NCBI GenBank assembly: GCA_951406725.2 | Contig: OX597816.1 | Span: forward strand, 134,850,001 to 134,914,000 | Length of the DNA stretch: 64,000 bases | Origin: Octopus vulgaris | Lineage: Eukaryota | Direction of reading: 5' to 3' | The notes under the pieces: generated by a model | Told to the model about the DNA's origin: nothing | Database searches by the model: none | What the model saw: the letters and a program-made list of their open reading frames with translations, nothing else | Made by a program: the position numbers and the translations under genes | In this document: in pieces, positions 32,293 to 44,903 of the stretch | How positions within the stretch are numbered: position 1 is the first letter of the stretch | Layout of the letters: every line of letters starts with the position of its first letter

Positions 32293-32329
32293 TTGCTGAG
32301 GACGTCTAATAACACCGAAACATGTTCGA
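32293..32329 (+). ncRNA. Minimal hammerhead-like motif, weak stems
   Basis: TTG CTGAGGA cgtctaataacacc GAAAC AT GTT CGA. Intact core and palindromic stem III ACATGT, but only 3-bp stem I and a decayed stem II. Confidence 0.4.
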
Positions 32330-32984
32330 TGTTGTTTCCGTACTTGAAATAATTTTAATGTTAGCCATTGCGCTAATGTATTTTCCTCTCTGTAGAAGTT
32401 TTCTAATTAGATTGTTGCTCACTGTATTAAATAAATATGTTGACACTAAATTATAAAACATATAGTCCTATGAACTTTCATCACCCTCAGGAATATTTTT
32501 TTAAACATTAGGATAATGCCTAGATTTGTGTGTAAAGGATACGTTTTATTGTCTGTGGACAAAAGACGAACGGTAAACTTGAAAGCAGCTGGATATTCTC
32601 ACAAAACATAGTGGAACGAAATTAACGATGTAAACCGTTTCTTCCACTCTATTATACTTTATCGAATTTAAAACGACTCTTAAAACTGACACAACGTCAC
32701 ATATTTTTTAGTGGAGAAAATTTTTTTTAAAATTAAAGTTAGTTTCGGTGGAATTTGAACTCGGAATGTAAAGCGTCGTAACTAAGACATTTGAACCAGT
32801 TTGAGAGGCCGATTTTTCTTCCAAGCATCCAAACAATAACAATATTAAAACAATAGCGACACTATTGAAACAGCAGATGGAGTAAAGTTCCCACATTTGA
32901 GTATCCAAATATAAGGCACTCGACTAACTGACTCATGCTAACCTATAGCCCACAGACGTGCTGTTTACTATAGTTGCCTTTTCT

Positions 32985-33604
32985 GGTATCTTTTCCTTTT
33001 GAATGGCAGACAATTTCTAGTTAACTAAACACTTTAAAACTTCGTATACTGGTAGAATATATCAAAATAAAACATTTTTTTTCTTGGCTTTCTTGGGAAG
33101 ATTGTAATTTGTTTGTTTAACTTAGTTTAATTTTTCGAATTTTAACCAATCCTATGCTCTCTTTTGAGCTAAAATCATTTGCTGCGTCTAAAACTGAGAC
33201 ATCCTGTAACTAACCCTAAACCTCCCCCTAACCCTATTTTTTTTCTTAATTGTTAAATTAATTTAATTGTTACGCGTGTAAAAAAAACTAAAGCAATGGA
33301 ATTAAATTAATTTAACAATTAAGAAAAAAAAGTTAGGGTTAGGGGGGAGGTTTAGGGTTAGTTACAGGATGTTGTCTCAGTTTTAGACGCAGCAAATGAT
33401 TTTAGTTGAATGGAGGTAATCGATTGGTTAAAATTGCCGAAATGCTCGGATTTTCAGATGAAATATCTTACAAACTATAGGATTTTCTCAATAAAACCAA
33501 GAGAAAATGATGTTTTATAAACACATTCTACCAGTATACGAAGTTTAAAAGTGTTTAGTTAACTAGAAATTGTGTTGACATCTGCCATTCAAAAGGAAAG
33601 ATCC
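32985..33604. mobile_element. Fold-back MITE with long inverted repeats and telomere-like internal motifs
   Basis: Ends ggtatcttttccttttgaatggcaga / tctgccattcaaaaggaaagatcc. Inner arms 33170-33268 and 33301-33406 are near-perfect inverted repeats containing taaccct/agggtta. Flanking (c)cttttct direct repeat. Confidence 0.88.
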
Positions 33605-34712
33605 CTTTTCTGTCCTATAAATTTATCCTCTTATCCATATAAACATGACTTTACTTCAATCGTCGACTTGCACCAGTTTGAGGAGCGATAACGGCGTCAA
33701 TCGCGCCAGTTTCGGAGACCGCGTAAAATCTATGAGCATAGCTCTACAACTAGGCCAACTAAAAATAAATAAACCAATCAAGTTCTAACTTAGGCATAAG
33801 GCCACAAATTTTGAGGAAGGGGACAGTTATTTTATTCCCAGTAATTGATCGGTACTTATTTTTGTCGGCACAAATAAGATTAAGGCCAAATTCCACTTTG
33901 GCGGGATCTGAACTCAGAACACGAAAGGTCATAAAATATCGCAATGTATCTAATTTGTGGTCCTCCCGAATATTCTTCCTGGCTTTAAAGTAACAACAAC
34001 AATAAAACAATGAGCTGCCATAAAAGCATCAGCAACGTCGGTGATATCAAAAATGACAAAAATATTGCTTTTCTCTCTTTTTGGTAGGGCAAATTCATTG
34101 GCAGCAACGAAGAGTGCTGGAAAATAAAATTAAAATCCAAATGTAGATTATCGATCTTTTACTATCTTTTCACGGCTTGATCAGCTTAATATAGCAGAAT
34201 TAATCGCAGAAAGGAAATTTAGGCGAATCGTGTCTGATATCACAGGCTAAAACAGGAAAGGAGTTAGATATTTGATGGTATTATGCTCTTAGCATTCAAG
34301 CATAGAAAGCAAACTAGGACAACTAACGGGTTAAGAGTAGCAGGTTAGATACATAACAAAACATGACAGCAGAGAATACATGAACTGCGTATGGCAGTAT
34401 AAAATTTATATCTACTACCGTATATTCATGTTTGCATATATGTGGATGTATATTTTTATACATAGGTATATACAGACATTATACGTTGTGTGTGTGTGTA
34501 TTCATATATTCTATATATTTAAGCGTGTGCACACATTTGGATGTATATCAGGGTGTACTTACATTGTGTGTGTGTGTGCATAAGAGATAATGGTGTCATC
34601 GAGACCCAAAGGTGTCAGGTAATGCTGAATAAGTGCTATAGACAGAACATAGTTAAGTTCCAGATTCGGTAATTTTGCGAATAAAGGGTTCAACGTTGGT
34701 TCTATGTCAGCG

Positions 34713-34866
34713 TATGTATATAAGAATTTTTTGCGTAATAAGAAAACCAAGGCTGTGTAGATATTAGAGCATTTATAGATAGGTCTTCTATCTATAAATC
34801 TATAAATGCTCTATCTACACAGCCTTGGTTTTTTATTTTATTACGCAAAAAATTCTTATATATATA
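34713..34866. mobile_element. Short palindromic (hairpin) MITE-like element in TA context
   Basis: tataagaattttttgcgtaata...aaaaccaaggctgtgtagata..gagcatttatagat pairs with atctataaatgctctatctacacagccttggtttt...tattacgcaaaaaattcttata. Confidence 0.8.
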
Positions 34867-34874
34867 TATATGTG

Positions 34875-35044
34875 TATATTTGAGAAAAATTAGTAGAAAT
34901 AGCTTTTAGGGAGCGGTAATTTTTATTTTTGTAATACTGTTATTACAGTGAGTAAATAATGTTTGCTCACTGTAAACATTATAATTAAAATTAAAAAAAT
35001 GATCCCCCAAAAAAGCCATCTCTACTCATTTTTTTCAAATATAT
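34875..35044. mobile_element. Second, more diverged palindromic element
   Basis: tatatttgagaaaaattagtagaaatagcttttaggg...ttacagtgagtaaata / tgtttgctcactgtaa...cccaaaaaagccatctctactcattttttt caaatata. Confidence 0.65.
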
Positions 35045-35575
35045 AATACTGTGTCAAGAACGTTCTTTTTTCTTCTTCTTCTACTACTACTACTACAACA
35101 CACACATGTCTCTTCTTTCTCACTCCACACCTCCTGATCACATCCTCCCTCATCTTCTCACTGTATTCATTTAGCCTTCCCGATCCGTTCGCTCAGTGAT
35201 TCCAAGAGACGGGTCTCCTGCTGTGCTGCACATACTGCCAGCCTCCTGTAACTTACGGGCAGTCGAACTAGATATTAACAGACAAACGAACAGGATTACC
35301 GTTGCATTGTGCCATATGTAGGACAATGAAAATTGTCTCCACTTTTGATAACATTTTCGTATATAAAACAGTATATATCTCAAAACATACACCGAAATAG
35401 CAAAGTCTTGAAATTATAACAAATTTTACACATTATTTAAATACTAAAGGGAGCTGGGTATTTATAAACAAACTTCATTTCGTGTGTACAGCAATACTAA
35501 GGAAAAATGCATTGAAACGTAAAAATGTTTCAACTTATATCCTGTTAAACACAAGGCATTTCTTAAAATAGTTTT

Positions 35576-35928
35576 CGCTATCAGTTTGTGTCGGTTGCCG
35601 TCGAGACGTCAGGTGTTCTAGGCCCCCGCATAACCGATTTTCTCCAAAATAGGGATAGCGACCGCCCGTCGGAGAACTGAACCCCGCGCTTTGGAGTGGT
35701 TACTGCAGCGAGTGTTGCTGGCCATTCTCCGCGACAACGCCACCGCGGTAATTACCGCGGGGCGCTGCTGAGCACCTCTCTTGATCTGGGATATGTGACC
35801 CATCGCCCCGCGCCGCTGTTTTCCGCTGCTTCGCCCACATTTTTCTCCATTTTGTTCTTTTCTTTTTTCATCTTTTACAGTGTATGTTGGTAAATAAAGT
35901 GGGTTTTTTTATGTAAATAAAAAAATAA
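35576..35928 (+). mobile_element. 5'-truncated CRE-clade (RLE) non-LTR retrotransposon 3' end
   Basis: GC/CpG-rich island. Translates RYQFVSVAVETSGVLGPRITDFLQ, then after one frameshift IGIATARRRTEPRALEWLLQRVLLAILRDNATAVITAGRC* (stop 35769-35771). This matches the F.P.AVET.G..G ... QR.S.A..RGNA C-terminus of CRE-type ORFs. T-rich 3' UTR, AATAAA and A-rich tail follow. Confidence 0.8.
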
Positions 35929-36049
35929 GTTTCCAGTTAATTTCTAGTCTCTAGAACGCTAAAGATCTGAAGATATTGTTAATTATTACATCAACTCAGA
36001 AATGTGCTTTTCGACAATTTATGAAATGCAGGCAGTTCATGGAGTACGT

Positions 36050-36148
36050 CCACGCACACACACACACACACACGCACATGCGCTCGCACGCGCGCGCACA
36101 CACGCACGCACATCCCCGCGCGCACGCACATCCCCGCGCGCACGCACA
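36050..36148. repeat. (CA)/(CG) mixed microsatellite with an 18-bp tandem duplication
   Basis: cacgcacatccccgcgcg repeated twice within a CA/CG-alternating tract. Confidence 0.85.
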
Positions 36149-36950
36149 ACAAGAAGCTCCAACTTGCGTATCATTAGCATGTCTTGCAAACAACTTGCAC
36201 ATGCAAGTGCTATCAGTCAAGAACTCCGCATACCGGAAGCCAGCAAGTGTATGGGGTCATCAGGAGAGAATGCGCGCCGTTTCGGGGCCTACCTTTCGGC
36301 GGCATCAATGCGCACCGGCCCCCCTCACTGATATGAGGCCCCGCTTGCTAGATCAACTGGTTATCAAATAAAGCTCTATATTCTTCTAGCCATCGCTCAT
36401 CATCTCTTTTATATTAAAATAAAGAACAAAAAACGAAGAATGAATTTAATGCAACTTTAATATCGTCACAACTGTCTACATCACTGCGTGTCTAACCATA
36501 TTGCATGTGAATGGTTCTGTTTGAATGATTACACAATGTGTGGTTGAATATGCTGGAGTTGCACTTCATCGACTAGCATTAAGTGTGCTTATATGTGTAT
36601 ACGTATATATGCATGTGCGCACCCGCATGCGCAAGCAGTATGTTGTAACAAATATCATTTCATTCATACGACGAATCCCAAAGGTCACGATATGTTAATA
36701 TACTCAAGATCGCTATTCTCCCAAACTAAGCATAAAGAACGAACAGCGAAATATGAAAGATCTTTAATAAAAATAAACAAAAAGACATCATGAATGCACA
36801 TAAGAATTACAGAGAAAGTTGATTGAACGTTAGACTTGGGGACACAGGTTATGAAAATTTTAAACGGAAATTCTGGAACTATAAGAGACTATAGATAAAC
36901 TAGTGCGTAACACATCTTTACATTTCTTCTTACCTATTGACTATGTACAG

Positions 36951-37186
36951 ATGTTGCTCTCAATTCTAATAAGACAATGCTTCTACAGGAAAGCCAGCCT
37001 AGCCTTAGTGAGAAGCTGTGCGGATTGAAATGGGGGCGGACAAAATTGCTGTCTAAAAAAAGATTTAAGATGGATAAACTTTTAACTTCTCCATCACCAA
37101 GTCAACGAAAGAACGATATGGATAAAAACTCTGTTCTGTCATTAACAAAAGGGGCGGTTGGCAAAAATTTTCAGTTGCACATTTAA
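36951..37186 (+). CDS. Weak candidate terminal coding exon, unknown product
   Basis: Acceptor-like ttcttcttacctattgactatgtacag| followed by a 78-codon open frame (includes ORF 36977-37186). No recognisable homology. Confidence 0.2.
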
Positions 37187-37839
37187 TGTGTGCTAGTATT
37201 TGTTTGAGAACTAATGGTATAAGGTGTAGCAGTATACAAAAGCTTTACAGTCTTTACAAAAGGAAAATATTATTACCAACTGAAGGACACAAATTTCTTA
37301 ACCTCTCACAGTCCACTCTCTGATCAAATTATACTTTAACCTTTAAAAGAAAATATGATCAAAACATAAATAGCTGAACTCGAATTACTTTATTCATTTC
37401 TCAAGACTCTTAGTTATAAGAATTTAATAAAATTTGATACCAAGTTGTAGCACATATTCATGAGTGAAGATAATAAAAGAAATATAACCACAACCACACA
37501 TTTAACCCTTTGACTGCGTAATTAAGTTTCCTGTTATTTCCTGTAAATGTTCATTATCCACCAAAAAATAGAATTGATATTTTCTGCTTCTGCAATAGTT
37601 TTTCATCGTCTCATGCATGTACAGCTTCCATGCATGTACAGGTTTTTTTTTTCAGAAAGATATATTTGAAATATGAGGAAAAAACTTCAGGAAAAATCTG
37701 TCAAATTGTTTTCTGTCCCTACTTTACACAACATAAGTTGTTTTCAAAGCACTGGGGCAAAAGCGTTTTCCGCAGTTAACGTTATTGAAATTTTGAGCGG
37801 ATTTATCTGCTTTCCACGTTGAAAGTTTTAAGAATATTA

Positions 37840-38230
37840 AAGGCGGTGAATTAGCAGAATTGTTAGTGTCGAGCAAAATGCCTTCCGACTCTATATTTCT
37901 GGATTCAAATCTCGAGGAGGTTTATTTTCTTCCTTTAATCTCACCAAAGCCTATAACATAGGGAATCAGTTAATCCCCTCCTCTCAAACTTTTGGCCCAG
38001 TATTTCAATCAGAAACCATTACTAAGACAAGCTCCGCAGAATTATTACAAATTTTGAAAAAAAAAATCCCCTAAAACTTAGCAGTATTTCTTTCGGCTCT
38101 TTACGTTCTGGGTTCAAATTTCACTGAGATCAGTTTTACTTTTCAGCCTTTCGAGATCAGTAAAATACCTGTGAAATGCTAGAGTCATGGCATCGACTAA
38201 GCCCCTCCTCTTGAGCCTTGAGCAAAAGAA
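37840..38230 (+). mobile_element. Two diverged SINE copies
   Basis: aggcggtgaattagcagaattgttag head and tttacgttctgggttcaaatt core resemble 21620-21838. Confidence 0.7.
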
Positions 38231-38909
38231 CATTACTGTTATTGTTATTGTTGTTGTTGTTAGTATTGTTGTTCATCATCTTCTTTGGCATCATCACTAT
38301 CACTGGCACAGTTATAAAAAATGTTTATCTTGGAATCAAACGTGAGATATTTTAAAACTCAGCCGTTTATTTTCTTTTCATCCTTTTTATTATTTTTTTC
38401 CCACTGTTCCAATCCATCTTACTATTTGTTTCTGTATTTCTTCCTGTTCGTCTTTCCCTGCCTCCGACTGTTCATTACAAGCAAAAATTCTCTAACATTT
38501 AGTTTGGCTAGTAAGTTGGAGTCTTATAGTGCGATAGATAATTATCTTTTAATGTTTCAGAAGAGAAAACAACATTATTCAACACATAAATACAGCATTT
38601 ATTGATTGTTGCCATGGCAACAACAAAATACAGCTTCTCTTCTTTTACAGCCTGCAACTTATATTTAGTGAAATTCGGTAGTTAGAATGAGTGACTACTA
38701 CAAAACAACTCGTAATAAAGTCAGCAAAACCAGCCAACTTACTCATAAATATCCCTTAAAATGGAATTATTCTGTCTGCTTTCTAATCCGTTATTTCCAT
38801 CTTGGATTTTTTTTTTTAACTCCATTTTCTAAGGTAGCTTACTATGGATGATATAAATAGGGGAAAATATTAAATTTGTTTTGACTCTTTTAACTTGTGT
38901 TAATAATCC

Positions 38910-39190
38910 TTTCTATAATAGGCACCAGGCCTGACATTTTGGGGGAGGGGACTAGTTGATTCTATTGACCCCAGTATTTCACTGGTACTTAATTCATCCG
39001 AAGGATGAAAGGCAAAGTCGACCTCGATATTGTTGATGGTGGTGATGTTTAGCCCCAGATTAGCTCACATAAAGGACGATTCTCCTGTCTCACCCCACCT
39101 AGGTAGTCTAATATAGGATTTATATTATTCACTGAGGACTTCCATTTTTTAAATAAATAGTAGGGCTGCAATTCTAGCAGGTGACCATTG
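38910..39190. mobile_element. Truncated SINE (minus) plus copy of an older repeat family
   Basis: 38910-39027 matches the SINE tail/core. 39045-39190 matches a family (gtttagccccagg...gctatttctagca) also seen at ~8120, 24265, 39850, 40490-40710, 44450, 51400, 54660, 60060 and 61020. Confidence 0.7.
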
Positions 39191-41358
39191 GTCGTGATAA
39201 CATGGGCATAGCTTTCGTTATTTGTGGATGTATTATATTTAGTGGTAGTGGTGGTAGCAGCTGCGGCCTTAATGTTGGTATGGGCAGTATAGGTGTTAAA
39301 CGCGTTGCTTCTATTGTATACAGTGATCGTTTTTAACGATGGGAGCAGCTTAGCAATTATATGTATTCTGGTGGAGAGATTTAGCAGGGATATCGAAGCA
39401 GTAGGAAAGAGAAGAGCGTATGAATACTGAAACACTGTAATGTAGAGAACTTCATGAAGAACATCAGTTAATACAGCATAATATGCCAGAAAATAGGGTG
39501 ATTTGCTTTTAATGGTTAATCAAAACAGTTCTTGAAATGCATTTTAGCTTCCGTTTCGGTAAATAGCCGGAAACAAAATTTATTCTAGAGGATTTCAAAT
39601 ACTGTTAATGTCGTTTACTTTTTTATATAGCATTTCTAATTTCAGCAGCTTATGAACGCTCGCCCTGTGAATATAGTTATACGCATATTATAAAAAAATT
39701 TTTAATCATTTCCAAACCAAAACTCTTTGTTCCTCTCCGCCGCATCTCGTATCTATAGCATATCATTATGGCATCAATTCTATAATTTTATATATAGGTC
39801 ATATTTAATGATTTTCTTTAACAACTTGAGAATGGATGAATGTCATTGTTGTTTAGTCCCAGGTCAATCTTGATAAAGCGGATCTAAGATCAAATGCTTT
39901 CCAGTAGGAATATCTAAAGTAGTCATCCCACTTTTAACGATGACGAGATGAGATTTGAGGAAGATTTGGTTACTACTTCTAGCATATCGATCGACCACGC
40001 AGTTTCTCCCATTGGATCAGGAAGAATAATGACAATGAAAATAATAACGATGACTATTCTTGTCTTGTTACACGCATCGGGCATTGTTTGAGGAAGCCAC
40101 GCGACTTTAATAGATTTTTCACTGATATATCTGCAAAGTCGCATGCTGTCTTGTCTTTCATTCAATTCACGGCTGTATTTAGCAATGAACTTGACTGCTG
40201 TTTTACCGACTCCGAAAGGTAGAAAGGCCTAGTTTTCTCGATGGGGTTTCAGCTGAGGCAATTGCTTGACAGACGTAATTAGATATATGTTGCTGTATCT
40301 CGAGCAGCATTTTGAAACCGATAATAGGATGTCTTTAGTAGTAGTTGTGGAAATATTGACAACCACTGGTTTGCTTTCGTTGTAAACATCGAACCTAATC
40401 GAGTTGTTACAGCTTCTGTTCCTCAACAGAGGAACTGACGTGACAAAATTTGCGGATCAGTAAGGTATCGGTACATCAAATTGTATCATTTGAGCCAATG
40501 ACGGAACCCATAAAAGGTCGTTCGACCTGCTGTAAATAGTAACCAAATCTCCCTCGTAACGGATTCTACCGTTTTCTTTTTAAGAATAGAAGTGTATATT
40601 CTGCAATGTGGTCTTAGATACATGTCTGAGATAAAAGATGGCACGGTCACAACTGGAATACCTTTGATAATGTCTACTCGATCAAACTTGATCTGCAGGT
40701 AAACAGCAAAGATATCCTTCTTTTCACTGCAGATATATTTATCACTAAATTGGTCTTTGTAAAGACTAAAGACATTAATTTCGCAGAAAGTACCTTAATT
40801 TTTTGCAACCGAACCCTCTACGGCCACTAAACAGATACTCAAAATCTATCAGTTTTACAAAATAATTTGTAATATGTTGGGATGGGTATTGTTCTTGACT
40901 CTGAATTAGTTGTTATCATTGTTGTTGATTTTCGTATTCTTGTTATTCTTATTGTGTTATGCAGTAGGTATTCAGTTTTACTCATATACAAATAACTTGA
41001 GTCTATACGACTCGGGCCTCAAGTCTAATTAGAAGCATCATTATTATCCCCACAATCATTAGCGGCAGCAGCAGCATTATTGTTATCATTATTATCATCA
41101 TTGTTATCAAGATTATTGTTTGTGTCCCCATCATATGTTATCAATGGCCAATTTTGCGGCCTAGTATCAAATTTATAGATCATTATTGCTGTTGCAGCTT
41201 TTTTCTCACGAATAATTCTGATTAAGGCCAGCCTGAAATTTTCATTTCTTTCACTGATGAATTTAAGTAATTTATACCTAATAATAAACTTGTTCTTTTT
41301 ATTTAGCCTAATTTCACTCAAGCTTCCAATTAATTTTTCATTTTCCTTTCTTCTTTAG

Positions 41359-41456
41359 ATGTGTGACAAAGAGAAACTAATTGGTGAACTACGATCCCGC
41401 CTCTCGTCTGTCGGGAGGCTGGAAAATGAGGAGGATTTCTTTATTTCCACGGAAAA
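41359..41456 (+). CDS. Probable protein-coding exon of a long-intron host gene (MCDKEKLIGELRSRLSSVGRLENEEDFFISTE...), product unidentified
   Basis: Strong acceptor ttttcattttcctttcttctttag| and donor AA|gtaagt. 98 nt, open in phase 0 to phase 2, GC-richer than the flanks, natural amino-acid composition. Not in the ORF track in this frame. Confidence 0.7.
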
Positions 41457-42324
41457 GTAAGTTATTTTGTGTCGTTTCTCGGAAAACTGCTGCATTTTTT
41501 CATATAGTGTTATTCTTGACTTATACCGTTTTCACCTTTCTGGTACCAACACCACTATTGGCTACTGCCAAATATTGTTTTCAGCATCATTACTGCTGCC
41601 ATTTCTATGAATAGAATGTATGTGCATGCACTATTGCAGAAGTCAGCTGACATGTGGATATGAATATTTTGGCTACTCTTGTGGAAAAAGGGGAGCATGT
41701 ATGGTGAACATTTACAGTACTTAGGGCAAATCAATGATAATCAGTGAATATTTATATTACTAGTTTCAAATACCAAATCGGAAAAGCATAAAGCGGAACA
41801 GAGACGGAGAAAATTCCGATTGAATAAATAACCAGAAGAGACAATTTAATAAGAATGTGTGTATGTTATTTTCTCTTCAGTTGATAGTTTCTCACTGTTT
41901 GAAGGTGATTAATCTATTTTTAAGAGTTTTCATTTTACTATCTACAAATATTTATTTCTAATTTAAATTTCAGTTTTTATTGGCGAAAAGTATAGCTATT
42001 TATTTGAGACGGGCTATCGTAAATCAGAGACCTTTTTGTTTACAAATCTATAATGGCTTGTATGTGTATGTATGCATGAATGTATGCCTGCAAGTACTTA
42101 CATCTATTCGGTTTATGACCTATATTATTACACTTGGGTTTCTCAGTTTATCACCTTTTCAGGCGACAGATGTTCAAATTTCTTTCTGCCATATTAAACA
42201 TTTTTGTATGAACAAGAAATCACAAGCAGAAATTCATGACTAACGACTCAAAGTATGAGCCAAATAAATAATTTTTTCTAGAACATGTATTCAGTACTTT
42301 TTCTTCCGTTTATTAATAAACAAC

Positions 42325-42746
42325 TTACTCTTTACTCTTTTACTCTTTTACTTGTTTCAGTCATTTGACTGCGGCCATGCTGGAGCACCGCCTTTAGTCG
42401 AGCAAATCGACCCCGGGACTTATTCTTTGTAAGCCCAGTACTTATTCTATCGGTCTCTTTTGCCGAACTGCTAAGTGACGGGGACGTAAACACACCAGCA
42501 TCGGTTGTCAAGCAATGCTAGGGGGACAAACACAGACACACAAACATATACACACATACATATACACATATATACATATATACGACAGGCTTCTTTCAGT
42601 TTCCGTCTATCAAATCCACTCACAAGGCATTGGTCGGCCCGGGGCTATAGCAGAAGACACTTGCCCAAGATGCCACGCAGTGGAACTGAACCCGGAACCA
42701 TGTGGTTGGTAAGCAAGCTACTTACCACACAGCCACTCCTGCGCCT
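42325..42746 (-). mobile_element. Full-length tRNA-derived SINE of a second family, with internal (CA/TA) tract and (AGTAAAAG)n-like tail
   Basis: Minus-strand head aggcgcaggagtggctgtgtggtaagtagcttgct...gggttcagttccactgcgtggcatcttgggcaagtgtctt (A and B boxes); tail tttactcttttactcttttac on plus. A related 3' fragment lies at 15696-15775. Confidence 0.9.
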
Positions 42747-43491
42747 CTTTTTCTCCTTGGTTCCTTTCTCTCTCTCTGGCTTCTCTGTAACCACTCCCTA
42801 CTCAAAATGCATCATTGCCACTTCCTGTTTTCATTTTGTATATCTTTCCTTCTTGACCGTTCAGTCAGTTGGCTTTTCCTCCTTATCGTCCCTTCCTATG
42901 TTTTTATGTAATTTTCCGTTTGTATCCCTTTTTTAAACATGCCAACGCGTCGTATCTCTTTTTTTTTTACATTTATTGGATAAAGAGTATTGTCGGAAAG
43001 TTTCGAAAATGCTGTGATAATCCAGTTGAAACCTTTGTATTTGCGCTGAATATCACAGCAATTTTGAATGTTCCGATGGTATTGTTCAATCCAGTGATCT
43101 TAACTATTGGTTTTCCGTTGTTTTTTTAAGAAGCGATGTATTAGATTTTATTGAATTATAGTTCAATAAAATAATTCCTGTTTTTAATGTATTCATTTAA
43201 TTTTCCATGATCAGCTTCACGATTCTATGATACTTGGAAAATCCATATGATCTCCTTATAATATCACAGGACAAAACTATGAATGTTGTTTATTCTGAGA
43301 TTTTGGATTAAACAAATGTCCAAAAATATTTTGCCGTAATTCCTACTTTACTGAAAATAGACAGAGGTTCTTTTGTATTAGTAAAATAATTTGTAACACG
43401 AAAAAAAAATTCGCGCATGACTTAATGGTGTGACTTTGATATAACAACCGGGAACATGTGCGCGCGCGCGTCTGTCTGCCCACTCGATTTA

Positions 43492-43874
43492 TCTCTCTCT
43501 ATATAAACGGCAGTTTGTCTGTGCGTGTTTCTGTGTGTCTGTTTGCTTGTACCCTCACTCTGACCACGGCTTTCAACCGATTCTGATGAAACTTGACACA
43601 CACATAGCCCAATGTCATAATTCAAAACTAACGCAGCGAAAATTTTGAAAAGTTCCCCTAGTTCAGAAAAAGATCGATAAATTCGACATGGGGTCGACAA
43701 TCAGAAACACAAACCGCAGATGGTGTAGGGGACGCAACTCGGTCTTTTTAACTATCAAAAAAATTTACCATCATTTTTTTCCCTTTTTTTTGCTATTTTT
43801 TGGCTATAACTCTCTAAAAGTGCTTTATAGTTATTTCCCTTACAAACCTGAGCAACGCCGGGCGATACTGCTAG
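43492..43874 (+). mobile_element. Non-autonomous Helitron
   Basis: 5' A|TCTCTCTCTATATAAA, (GTCT/GTGT) tract, 3' GC-rich hairpin cctgagcaacgccggg followed 8 nt later by CTAG|T. Inserted between A and T with no TSD. Confidence 0.88.
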
Positions 43875-44657
43875 TGATTAATACTTGTGAATAAGTTTCG
43901 CTTATAGCAAGTAGACACCATATTCTGAATTTAGAAATCATTTCTCTTCAGACTAAAGTTTAGAAAACTTTATAGCAAATGCCGAAAGCAATTTATTATG
44001 TTGTGTTCTTTTTCATGTGAAGGGTTTTTTTTTCCAATTAAATGTAAAAACTATGATAATGTTAGAACTTCTTTTTTTTTATATAAAATAAAATATGTGT
44101 GATGTGAAATATAAAAATGAGCAGCTTCCTTAGAGAAATTATAAATTTGCATTCTTATTTATTGGCTGAAGTGATAAGTGCCAGTTCTCTCCTCCATTAC
44201 AAATTTGCTCCAAAATCTTGTGTTGAAAGAATAAGGGGATTGTTAAAAGGAATACATCAGTTCATTGAAATCATTGACACTGTTTAATTACCCACTGTAC
44301 AAGGTGTAAATCCTTTCCTTCTGAATCAATAAAACTAGAATTACTTCAATTCATACCATTACAACAATAATAACCCATCATGATATAACGAGATAGAAAC
44401 CAGCGCTTTAGAGTTAATACTAAATCATTTCATTTACACCGTTTTGGTCGACGAGCCAACGAGGAACCCTCTGTGGCTGCTTAAGCTACAAGAAAAGCAG
44501 TAAAATCCACTCTGAAATGACATTCCATCTCTTAGAATAGGTGACAGTGGATAATATAGTCCTATGTTCTTTGCACACAGAAAAAAGACTGGGCGAATAA
44601 TCTGTCTTTCGAGCAGACTGAATTTTCTTGAATGTGATCTGGATTATGTAATGTATT

Positions 44658-44822
44658 TTTTCTACTCCAGGGACAAGGCCCGAAATTTTTGGGGAAGGGT
44701 CAGTCAATTAGATCGAACCAGTACGCAACTGGTACTTAATTTATCGACTCCGAAAGGATGAAAGGCAAAGTCGACCTCGGCGAAGATTATGTAATGTATG
44801 CGTCTGCCTGCCTGCTTATCTA

Positions 44823-44871
<49 letters not shown>

Positions 44872-44903
44872 GTGTGTGTCTGTCTGTCTGTGTGTGTGTC
44901 TGT

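Noticed and set aside
36242-36349. SECIS element on minus strand (GUGA...UGAU)
   Set aside because: Spacing is too long and there is no AA motif 11-13 nt above the quartet; no associated selenoprotein ORF.
43575-43600. CTGATGA as hammerhead core (also 9960-9966 and 41254-41260)
   Set aside because: No stem II-GAAA or stem I partner. The first lies in a Helitron body, the second in an RT coding fragment.
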